Of a DNA stretch of 64,000 nt, positions 29,117 to 36,664 are shown piece by piece. Each line of letters opens with the position of its first letter. Position 1 is the stretch's first letter. Location: IMG/VR virus record IMGVR_UViG_3300042402_002792, one strand, 5' to 3'. Source of the stretch: a virus. Its lineage: Duplodnaviria > Heunggongvirae > Uroviricota > Caudoviricetes. The translations under genes were made by a program, and so were the position numbers. A model generated the notes under the pieces. That model ran no database searches. It was not told the origin of the DNA and saw nothing but the letters and a program-made list of their open reading frames with translations.

Positions 29117-29920
29117 ATGGACATGAAGAAAATTCTACAGGCCGTCGACGGAGCTTCTTCGAAGAAGCCTGCTGAAGGTTCTAATGACATGAAACATTTT
29201 ATGCAGATTGTAGAGGGTCGAGGCCCTCTTAATCGTTTAACACAAGCTGAATCTATTGCTATGCAAACAGCAGCTAAGAAAAAAACAATCACTAGTCCTG
29301 TATTAAACGTTAAAGAAGATGCTAAACCTAGTATGATAGGAAAGTATTTTAAAACAGTACAAGAAGAATTATTAGAAGCAGAACAAAAACATAAAGAACG
29401 TTCTAAAAAATTAGCAGAACGTGTAATTGAACGTGTTACTCCTAATGCAGATGGATCATTGCCCGATCCAAGTATCAATCGCCTTACAGGCAAACCTAAT
29501 CCTCCAGCAGCAGAACCAGCACCTACTAATGTAAAGCCAAGTGGCGCAACTGTAGAGTACGGTGGTGCAACTTATAATCTAGTTGGTGTGTTCGGTGACG
29601 GCATTAGACCAAGAATAAGTCGTGGTGATAAAGTTATTCCAGGTAAAGCATATGTTCTTGGTGATAAGATGTATGTGTTATTAGACCAAGGTGTCAGCGA
29701 AGATAGTGATCCTTGCTGGGACAGTCACAAGATGGTAGGTACAAAGAAAAAAGGCGGCAAGACTGTGCCTAATTGTGTACCTAAAGAAAGCGTACAGAAA
29801 AAAGGACCTGCAGGACAGTTAAAAGCCAAAGCTAAAGTTGATGTTAAAGGCACTGTACTAGGATCAAAAGAAAAGAGTCAAAAAGGGTTGAGAGGTAAGT
29901 TAGTAGGTGGCTCAACTTAA
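29117..29920 (+). CDS. Modular putative internal head protein
   Basis: MDMKKILQAVD start; DPCWDSHKMVGTKKKGGKTVPNCVPKE module. Confidence 0.7.
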   Translation: MDMKKILQAVDGASSKKPAEGSNDMKHFMQIVEGRGPLNRLTQAESIAMQTAAKKKTITSPVLNVKEDAKPSMIGKYFKTVQEELLEAEQKHKERSKKLAERVIERVTPNADGSLPDPSINRLTGKPNPPAAEPAPTNVKPSGATVEYGGATYNLVGVFGDGIRPRISRGDKVIPGKAYVLGDKMYVLLDQGVSEDSDPCWDSHKMVGTKKKGGKTVPNCVPKESVQKKGPAGQLKAKAKVDVKGTVLGSKEKSQKGLRGKLVGGST

Positions 29921-30012
29921 GAACACACCTTAGGACCGGTACTCGTTACCGTGTGTGTAGGCGGCTGCTGCCTAGACTAGCGATTCGCTACCGTGATGTT
30001 TAAAGTGAGCAT
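29921..30012. ncRNA. Candidate structured ncRNA with rRNA-matching segments (strand unresolved)
   Basis: Helices: ACACAC/GTGTGT, CGGTA/TACCG, TAGGC/GCCTA, TAGCG/CGCTA. Exact complements of 23S 1920-1931, 23S 1929-1937 and 16S 519-528 (E. coli numbering). Confidence 0.65.
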
Positions 30013-30015
30013 GAA

Positions 30016-30021
30016 TAAATA
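30016..30021 (+). promoter_or_regulatory. Late promoter motif TAAATA
   Basis: 24 nt upstream of ATG 30046. Confidence 0.5.
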
Positions 30022-30045
30022 TATTATAGAAATTTGGGGAACAAA

Positions 30046-31107
30046 ATGGACTTAAAAGCTCTAATAGCAAAGATGGATCAAATTGAAAGTAAGAAGATTC
30101 TTACTGAAGCCGAAGATCGTCCCGATGCTAAAAAGAAAGAAACTACCTGGACAGATAAAGATGGCAAGAAGCATCCTGCTACTCAAGTTCAAGGTCATCA
30201 AAGTGTTAAAGCTGATAAAGAAGCTGACAAAGAAAAGAAAAAAGACATGGACGAAAGTATTGTTCTTCAAAGTGCTATTGCTAAGGCACTAGCTGAAGAA
30301 TTTGGCTACGATTTAGACGAGCGTGTTACTCCTGACGGTAAAGGCGGTTACACTGGTGGATTAAGACCTCAACCAGCAGCAGCACCAGCAGCAAATGCTC
30401 CTGCTAATCCCTGGGCTAATGATCCTGAAAAAGCTAAAGCATGGGGTGCGCTAAGTCCTGAAGATCAAAAATGGTTAGGTGGGGCTGATCCTACTGATCA
30501 ATTTATCCTAGCTCGTGCGCCTAACAAAGGTAAGCCAGCAGCTCCAGCAAGTCTAGCTCCTGCTAGCCCAATGGCAAATAAGACACGCATGCCAGCGGCA
30601 GCACCTGATGCGGCAGCAGGAGCAGCTACTAAGCCAACAGATACAAGCGGTGCGCCAGGCGCACAAGACGATGTTACAGGAGTAGATGCTGCTGTTGCTG
30701 CTCAACAAGATGCTGCTGGACCAACAGATGCAGAGATTGCAGCTAACAATGCTGCATTAGGTAACTTTGATGCTGATGTAGCAGGCGGTAGTGCCGGCGA
30801 AGAGGCTCCTGAGCTTGCAATGGGAGCTGGACAGCCAGCAGCTGGCGGAATTAATCCTACTACATTAAATCGTTACAAAGAATTACTAGATAAATTAGAA
30901 GCTACAGGTAAAGCACCTGCACCTGCAAAACCTACACAAGTTGCTCCTGCTCCTAAAAAGCCAGCAACCGGTGCTGGTACTAAACCAGCTAATAGCTTAC
31001 CAGGAACAGCAGTTCCAGGTGGTGGAAACATTGCCGATAATCCAGCAGCTGAAAGTGTTGATAGATTAGCAGACGATCAAATTTTAGCAATCATTAGAAA
31101 TATTTAA
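30046..31107 (+). CDS. Ala/Pro-rich putative internal head protein
   Basis: MDLKALIAKMDQIE start behind GGGGA SD; low-complexity modules. Confidence 0.7.
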   Translation: MDLKALIAKMDQIESKKILTEAEDRPDAKKKETTWTDKDGKKHPATQVQGHQSVKADKEADKEKKKDMDESIVLQSAIAKALAEEFGYDLDERVTPDGKGGYTGGLRPQPAAAPAANAPANPWANDPEKAKAWGALSPEDQKWLGGADPTDQFILARAPNKGKPAAPASLAPASPMANKTRMPAAAPDAAAGAATKPTDTSGAPGAQDDVTGVDAAVAAQQDAAGPTDAEIAANNAALGNFDADVAGGSAGEEAPELAMGAGQPAAGGINPTTLNRYKELLDKLEATGKAPAPAKPTQVAPAPKKPATGAGTKPANSLPGTAVPGGGNIADNPAAESVDRLADDQILAIIRNI

Positions 31108-31108
31108 A

Positions 31109-32236
31109 ATGGATAAGATAGTTTTAGAATCTCTTAATAAGATTAGAAATTTAGAATCTAAAGAAGTTCTAACCGAATCCACGGCGGCAGCTCCAGTTGC
31201 CCAAGCAGCTAGTAAAGGCATAGGTAGATTTATTCCAGGTGTTGGTGCTGCCTTAGGTGCATACGATGCGTATAATCGTGCTAAAAAAGGAGACTGGACT
31301 GGAGCAGCAATGTCTGGTGCAGGAGGTTTAGCATCTCTTATACCGGGTGTTGGAACAGCAGCTAGCTTAGGGATTGCTGGGGCTCAGGCACTACGCGATA
31401 AACAACGTACTGGTAGTTACATGCCAGACGATAACGAAATTGCGGCAGCTGTAGCTAAAGATAATCAACAACCAACTGCTCAAGCAACAGCACCTACTCC
31501 AGCTACACCTACACCCCCAGGTGCTGATCCAAAAGTACTTGCACTACAACAACAATTAATTGCCAAAGGTGCTAAGATTAAAGCAGACGGAAAGATGGGA
31601 CCAGCTACACAAACAGCTATGAAACAATTTCCAGATGTAAAAATGGCAGAAGATAACGAGGAAAATAAGATGTCAGAATCACAAAAAATTGCAGAATTAA
31701 TGAGCCGTCTTGCTCAATTAGAACAAGCTCAACCACAAGTAGCAGACGAAGGTATTGCCGACTTAGCTAAAGGTGCTTGGGGTGCTGCTAAAAACTTTGG
31801 CAGTGCTGTTAAAACAGGTTTTACAAATCCTGAATATGCCAAAGTTGCTGGCATGGCTACTAGAGGTGCCAACAAAGGACAAGTTGTCAATAAGGCAGCT
31901 AGTGCAGGTGCTAAGACTGGCAAGGCTCTAAACACAACTGCAAAAGTTGGTGCTGGTGCCGCAGTCGGTGCAGGTACTATGGCTGCATTAAGTGGTGGTG
32001 CTGGTACAAAAGAAAAAGACCCTGTTAAACCAACAGTTAAACCAACAGCTACTCCGCCAACAGCTACTCCGCCAACAGCTAGCACCGGGGGACTTACACC
32101 ACAAGAGGAACAAGAATTAGCCTTGTTAGCAGCCGACATGGCTAAGCTTAAAGGTCAAAACAGTGAGTTAGATGCTCTTATTGATCGTCATTTAAAAATA
32201 CGACCCGATGCTGGAACCATAGCTAATCCAGAATAA
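31109..32236 (+). CDS. Gly/Ala-rich virion protein with peptidoglycan-binding-like motif
   Basis: Glycine-zipper-like segments; DPKVLALQQQL..KG...ADGKMGPATQTAM resembles PG_binding_1. Confidence 0.6.
   Translation: MDKIVLESLNKIRNLESKEVLTESTAAAPVAQAASKGIGRFIPGVGAALGAYDAYNRAKKGDWTGAAMSGAGGLASLIPGVGTAASLGIAGAQALRDKQRTGSYMPDDNEIAAAVAKDNQQPTAQATAPTPATPTPPGADPKVLALQQQLIAKGAKIKADGKMGPATQTAMKQFPDVKMAEDNEENKMSESQKIAELMSRLAQLEQAQPQVADEGIADLAKGAWGAAKNFGSAVKTGFTNPEYAKVAGMATRGANKGQVVNKAASAGAKTGKALNTTAKVGAGAAVGAGTMAALSGGAGTKEKDPVKPTVKPTATPPTATPPTASTGGLTPQEEQELALLAADMAKLKGQNSELDALIDRHLKIRPDAGTIANPE
32042..32081 (+). repeat. 15-bp tandem repeat CCAACAGCTACTCCG x2.7 (PTATP linker)
   Basis: Read directly from the sequence. 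Confidence 0.85.
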
Positions 32237-32551
32237 TCAATGAAAGTTGCCCTGGTAACAGTGGCGAATCTCATGCCCCACATCATGTAATGTGGGGTTT
32301 CTTTTTGTATAAATGGTACAAGTTCTAGTTGTAAAATTCCAAAATGAGCAAGCATCAACTTGATAGTTGAAACCGCCAAATCCTCTGCGCTTGTACTCAT
32401 CCTGACAGACTTTCTGTACATTATCAACAGGCTTCCATGTAATCAGCATAGTCTCATGCTCATTTTCTGTTGTAGGAAAAGGCGCTTTTGGATTTTCTGC
32501 ATTAGCAGAACTTGCAATTACTAAACTTAGTCCAATTAAAAACTTTTTCAC
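32237..32551 (-). CDS. Small secreted protein with HExxH motif
   Basis: Signal peptide MKKFLIGLSLVIASSANA; GHEIRHC; TAACTA late-like motif on - strand at 32565-32570. Confidence 0.7.
   Translation of the reverse strand: MKKFLIGLSLVIASSANAENPKAPFPTTENEHETMLITWKPVDNVQKVCQDEYKRRGFGGFNYQVDACSFWNFTTRTCTIYTKRNPTLHDVGHEIRHCYQGNFH
32275..32306 (+). terminator. Rho-independent terminator for the late head-protein operon
   Basis: GCCCCACAT-catgta-ATGTGGGGT followed by TTCTTTTT; lies inside the antisense gene. Confidence 0.7.
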
Positions 32552-32641
32552 AGGTATGCCAAAGTAGTTAATAATGCAAGTATTTTACTATCAAAAAATA
32601 TTTTGGTCAATGCATTTGGCAGATAACTATATACTGCACTG

Positions 32642-32670
32642 TTGACTTTCTATAAATTTACAGCTATAAT
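32642..32670 (+). promoter_or_regulatory. Sigma70-type promoter TTGACT-17-TATAAT
   Basis: The ATG at 32677 lies 7 nt after the -10 box. Confidence 0.8.
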
Positions 32671-32676
32671 ATACCC

Positions 32677-33324
32677 ATGCAAGACGTTTACATACACCAT
32701 TTTCCAAATTATGGATATCTTTCAATTAAGCTTACTGATGAGCAAGTTAAACCTATTTTAGATGAAGTTAGAGAAATTGAAACAGATTTCTCTAAGGCAG
32801 AACCAGCAAACTACGGTCTTGCTGGAAATATCAAAAAAGAATTTAGATTAATAAAATCAAAGCAATATGCTGAACAGCTTATTTTTCCATTCTTAAATGA
32901 TTATGATTCTCATTTTTACTATACTAAAAGTATAAAACTATTAAGTGATCACTTACCAGTGTTCTTACAAGAGACCTGGGTAAACTTTCAATCCAAAGGT
33001 GAATTTAATCCTTTACACGATCATTCGGGGATCTATTCATTTGTATTATGGCTACAAATACCTTATAAAATTGAAGACGAGATGGCACTCGATTCAGGTC
33101 GGCAATCTGGTAATCCGTCTGCAGGACATTTTGAATTTCAATATAATGCGTCTACAGGTAAAATAAGACCCTGCCTTATTCCTGCAGATAAGACATTTGA
33201 AAATACACTAATAATTTTTCCTGCTAGCTTAACCCATTGTGTTTATCCATTCTTTTCATCAGACGAATATAGAATTAGTGTATCAGGAAATTTTTCTTTA
33301 AACTCATCACAACAAAGGAACTAA
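32677..33324 (+). CDS. 2OG-Fe(II) oxygenase-like protein
   Basis: WVNFQ...FNPLHDHSG...IIFPASLTHCVYP...RISVSGN. Confidence 0.8.
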   Translation: MQDVYIHHFPNYGYLSIKLTDEQVKPILDEVREIETDFSKAEPANYGLAGNIKKEFRLIKSKQYAEQLIFPFLNDYDSHFYYTKSIKLLSDHLPVFLQETWVNFQSKGEFNPLHDHSGIYSFVLWLQIPYKIEDEMALDSGRQSGNPSAGHFEFQYNASTGKIRPCLIPADKTFENTLIIFPASLTHCVYPFFSSDEYRISVSGNFSLNSSQQRN

Positions 33325-33325
33325 T

Positions 33326-33592
33326 ATGTCTACAAGAATGTACGGCCCAGAAGAGAAGGCCAAACTTGAACGCCTTATTAACGAAGGATCTACTGTACTT
33401 CGTGAAATTGAAGATCTTAAAGAAGGTCTCAAAGAAACTGTTAAAGCGGTTGCGGAAGAACTTGAAATTAAACCTTCAATTATTAATAAAGCAATTACTA
33501 TTGCACACAAAGACAATTGGAAAGAACATGAATCTGCATGGGAAGATGTTGAAATGATCTTAGGCGTCACTGGACGCTTACCTAAGGATTAA
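33326..33592 (+). CDS. dsDNA-binding protein (T4 DsbA/GapR-like)
   Basis: EIEDLKEGLKETVKAVAEELEIKPSIINKAITIAHK pattern. Confidence 0.6.
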   Translation: MSTRMYGPEEKAKLERLINEGSTVLREIEDLKEGLKETVKAVAEELEIKPSIINKAITIAHKDNWKEHESAWEDVEMILGVTGRLPKD

Positions 33593-33892
33593 ATGGATCA
33601 AATAACAAACACCGTTGCAGGTATATACGATTGGGCTCGTAAAGATTTTCGAGAATGGCCGTTAAGATTCATTTTAGAAATTTCTGCATGGGCTATGAGT
33701 ATTGCCTGTTCAGTGACCATGGCGTTGACTGTGCCAACACCTCCATTTTTAATTCTATATCCGCTGTTTATTGCACAATGCGCTATATTTTGCTGGGCTG
33801 CTTGGACTCGGCGATCAACCGGTATGGTGGCTAATTATATGTTATTAGTCGCTATCGATACGGTTGCTCTTATAAGACTGATAAGTATATAA
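33593..33892 (+). CDS. Small membrane protein (3 TM)
   Basis: Hydrophobic; resembles 49715-50005. Confidence 0.65.
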   Translation: MDQITNTVAGIYDWARKDFREWPLRFILEISAWAMSIACSVTMALTVPTPPFLILYPLFIAQCAIFCWAAWTRRSTGMVANYMLLVAIDTVALIRLISI

Positions 33893-33893
33893 T
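33864..33893 (+). promoter_or_regulatory. Composite promoter: TTGCTC-18-TATAAT with overlapping GATAAGTA late motif
   Basis: Upstream of the DNA polymerase leader. Confidence 0.5.
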
Positions 33894-33964
33894 AGAAGGC
33901 AGGCGAGGCCACAACCCGCACCACAGGTATTTGCAAGCCAAAAAATTGCATAGGAGAAAAATTA

Positions 33965-36628
33965 ATGTACGTAGACGCTTACTTTCAGCGTGATTCTGAT
34001 ATTATTAAAGTAGTAGAAAGAACCGCAGAAGGCAAAAGACAATATAAAGAATTTCCAGCTAGGTATACATTTTATTATGCAGACCCTAAGGGAAAATATC
34101 AATCAATTTACGGCGAACCTTTAAACAGGGTAGTTTGTAAAAACTCAAAAGACTTTCGTAAAGAGTTATCAATTAACTCAAATAAGAAACTATACGAAGC
34201 CGACATCAATCCACTGTTTGTAGTATTAAGTGAAAATTATCTAAATGCAGAATCGCCTAAGCTACACGTAGCTTTTTGGGATATTGAGGTTGACTTCGAT
34301 CCAGAACGTGGCTATGCTAGTCCAGACGATGCATTTATGCCTATTACTGCTATTGCAGTTCACCTACAATGGTTAGACACTTTAATTTGTTTAGCTATAC
34401 CTCCTAAGGGGATGACTGTTGAACAAGCACAAGAACAGGTTAAAGAATTTCCTAATACACACATCTTTGATAACGAAGCAGACATGCTAGATACATTCTT
34501 GAATTTGATTCAAGATGCAGATGTGGTTAGTGGATGGAACAGTGAAGGTTTTGATATGCCTTATACTGTTAATCGTATTACCAAAGTACTCAGCAAAGAT
34601 GACACTCGCAGATTGTGTCTATGGGATCAATTTCCAAAAAAACGTGAGTACGAAAAGTTTGGCAAAACTGCTACAACATACGACTTACATGGTCGTGTAC
34701 ACATGGACTATCTCGAACTATACAGAAAGTACACTTATGAAGAAAGACATACCTATCGATTGGATGCTATCGGAGAAATGGAAATTGGAGAACGCAAAAC
34801 AGTCTATGAAGGCACGCTCGACCAACTATACAACAATGACTTCCGTAAGTTTGTGGAATATAACAGGCAAGACTGTGCGCTACTCAACAAACTTGACCAA
34901 AAGCTCAAGTTCCTGGATCTAGCTAACAAACTAGCACACGATTGTACTGTGTTGTTGCAGACTACTATGGGTGCTGTAGCAGTTACTGAACAAGCTATTA
35001 TTAACGAATGTCATCGTAGAGGTATGCAGGTTCCTAATCGTCCTAAGATGGATGATAGAGAAGATGCTGGTGCTGCCGGCGCTTATGTTGCATATCCCAA
35101 AGAAGGTATTCAAGACTGGATCGGTTCACTGGATATTAACTCACTATACCCCAGTGCGATTCGTGCATTGAACATGGGTCCGGAAACTATTATTGGACAG
35201 TTAAGACCTATAGCTACTAATTCATTTATTGAAGAACAAATTGCTAAAGGTAAATCATTTGCGGCTGCTTGGGAAGGTATGTTTGGTAGCTTAGAATACA
35301 CTGCCGTAATGAACAAAGAAGTTGGTACAGAAATTACCATAGACTGGCAAGATGGTAATGTAGATATACTAAGTGCCGCAGAGGTATATAAATTAATCTA
35401 CGAAAGTAATCAACACTTTATGCTATCGGCAAATGGTACTATTTTTACTTACGAAAAAGAAGGTATCATTCCAGGCCTACTAAAGCGTTGGTATGCTGAA
35501 CGTAAAGAAATGCAGGCTAAACTAAAAGAATCAATTGCTGCCAGCAATAAGATTGAAGAAGAATACTGGGACAAACGCCAACTAGTTAAGAAGATTAACT
35601 TAAACAGTTTGTATGGTGCTATTCTTAATCCTGGTTGCAGATTCTTTGATAAACGCATCGGACAATCAACTACACTAACTGGTCGTCAGATTGTTAAACA
35701 TATGGCTAGTAAAGTTAATGAAATTATTACTGGCGATTACGACTACAGAGGTAAGTCTATTATCTATGGTGACACTGACTCATGTTACTTTAGTGCCTAC
35801 AAAACTCTACAAAAAGAAATCGGTAATGGTTCTATTCCTTGGACTAAAGAAACTGTAATTCAACTTTACGATCAAATAGGTTCCGAAGTTAACAATACAT
35901 TCCCACAGTTCATGTTGGATGCATTTCACTGTCCAAAAACACGTGGCGAAGTTATTAAAGCAGGACGTGAAATTGTTGGATCAAAGAGTTTGTTCATTAC
36001 TAAAAAACGTTATGCTGTTCTTTACTATGATAAAGAAGGCAAGCGACAGGACGTAGAAGGTAAGCCTGGTAAGATCAAGGCTATGGGACTTGATCTCAAG
36101 CGTTCAGATACTCCTGAATTTATTCAAAACTTTTTAAGTGATGTACTAGAACGTGTGCTGTCCGGTTCTACTGAAAACGAAGTGCTTGATATGATTACAG
36201 CGTTTAGATCTGAATTTAAAGCTAGACCCGGTTGGGAAAAAGGCTCGCCTAAACGTGCTAACAATATTACAGAATATCAAAAGAAAGAAGAACGTCAGGG
36301 TAAAGCTAATATGCCAGGACACGTTAGAGCCAGTATTAATTGGAATACGCTCAAACGTATGTACAATGACAAATACTCAATGAATATTACAGACGGTGCC
36401 AAAGTTATTGTCTGTAAACTTAGAGACAATCCACTGGGATTTACTTCAGTAGCGTATCCAGTGGATGAATTAAGATTGCCCAAATGGTTTAAGGATTTAC
36501 CATTTGATCACGAAGAAATGGAAGCCACCATTATTGACAACAAATTAGAAAACCTTATCGGTGTTCTAAATTGGGATATTCGCAGTACAGAGCAGACAAA
36601 TACTTTTAATAAATTATTTGACTTCTGA
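33965..36628 (+). CDS. Family B DNA polymerase (T4 gp43-like)
   Basis: Exo I DIE, Exo II NSEGFD, Exo III YNRQD; DINSLYPS, KINLNSLYG and YGDTDS. No intein. Confidence 0.97.
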   Translation: MYVDAYFQRDSDIIKVVERTAEGKRQYKEFPARYTFYYADPKGKYQSIYGEPLNRVVCKNSKDFRKELSINSNKKLYEADINPLFVVLSENYLNAESPKLHVAFWDIEVDFDPERGYASPDDAFMPITAIAVHLQWLDTLICLAIPPKGMTVEQAQEQVKEFPNTHIFDNEADMLDTFLNLIQDADVVSGWNSEGFDMPYTVNRITKVLSKDDTRRLCLWDQFPKKREYEKFGKTATTYDLHGRVHMDYLELYRKYTYEERHTYRLDAIGEMEIGERKTVYEGTLDQLYNNDFRKFVEYNRQDCALLNKLDQKLKFLDLANKLAHDCTVLLQTTMGAVAVTEQAIINECHRRGMQVPNRPKMDDREDAGAAGAYVAYPKEGIQDWIGSLDINSLYPSAIRALNMGPETIIGQLRPIATNSFIEEQIAKGKSFAAAWEGMFGSLEYTAVMNKEVGTEITIDWQDGNVDILSAAEVYKLIYESNQHFMLSANGTIFTYEKEGIIPGLLKRWYAERKEMQAKLKESIAASNKIEEEYWDKRQLVKKINLNSLYGAILNPGCRFFDKRIGQSTTLTGRQIVKHMASKVNEIITGDYDYRGKSIIYGDTDSCYFSAYKTLQKEIGNGSIPWTKETVIQLYDQIGSEVNNTFPQFMLDAFHCPKTRGEVIKAGREIVGSKSLFITKKRYAVLYYDKEGKRQDVEGKPGKIKAMGLDLKRSDTPEFIQNFLSDVLERVLSGSTENEVLDMITAFRSEFKARPGWEKGSPKRANNITEYQKKEERQGKANMPGHVRASINWNTLKRMYNDKYSMNITDGAKVIVCKLRDNPLGFTSVAYPVDELRLPKWFKDLPFDHEEMEATIIDNKLENLIGVLNWDIRSTEQTNTFNKLFDF

Positions 36629-36646
36629 TAAAAAAACCTATATACT
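36618..36646 (+). promoter_or_regulatory. Sigma70-type promoter TTGACT-17-TATACT
   Basis: Overlaps the pol stop codon; AAAGGA SD follows. Confidence 0.7.
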
Positions 36647-36664
36647 AATAATAAAGGAAACAAT

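Noticed and set aside
29953-29964. Sense-strand similarity GTGTGTAGGCGG to 16S rRNA near 575-587
   Set aside because: This is a short match to a taxon-variable region, in the opposite orientation to the other three matches, and is explainable by chance.
29921-30012. HDV-like/theta or pistol self-cleaving ribozyme interpretation of the structured element
   Set aside because: The helix order is superficially similar, but P3/L3/P1.1 geometry and the J4/2 catalytic C pattern do not fit HDV-like ribozymes. The pistol pseudoknot partner of CTTAGGAC is absent.
33965-36628. Intein or intron in DNA polymerase
   Set aside because: Motif spacing and length (887 aa) are normal, with no LAGLIDADG or splice-junction residues.
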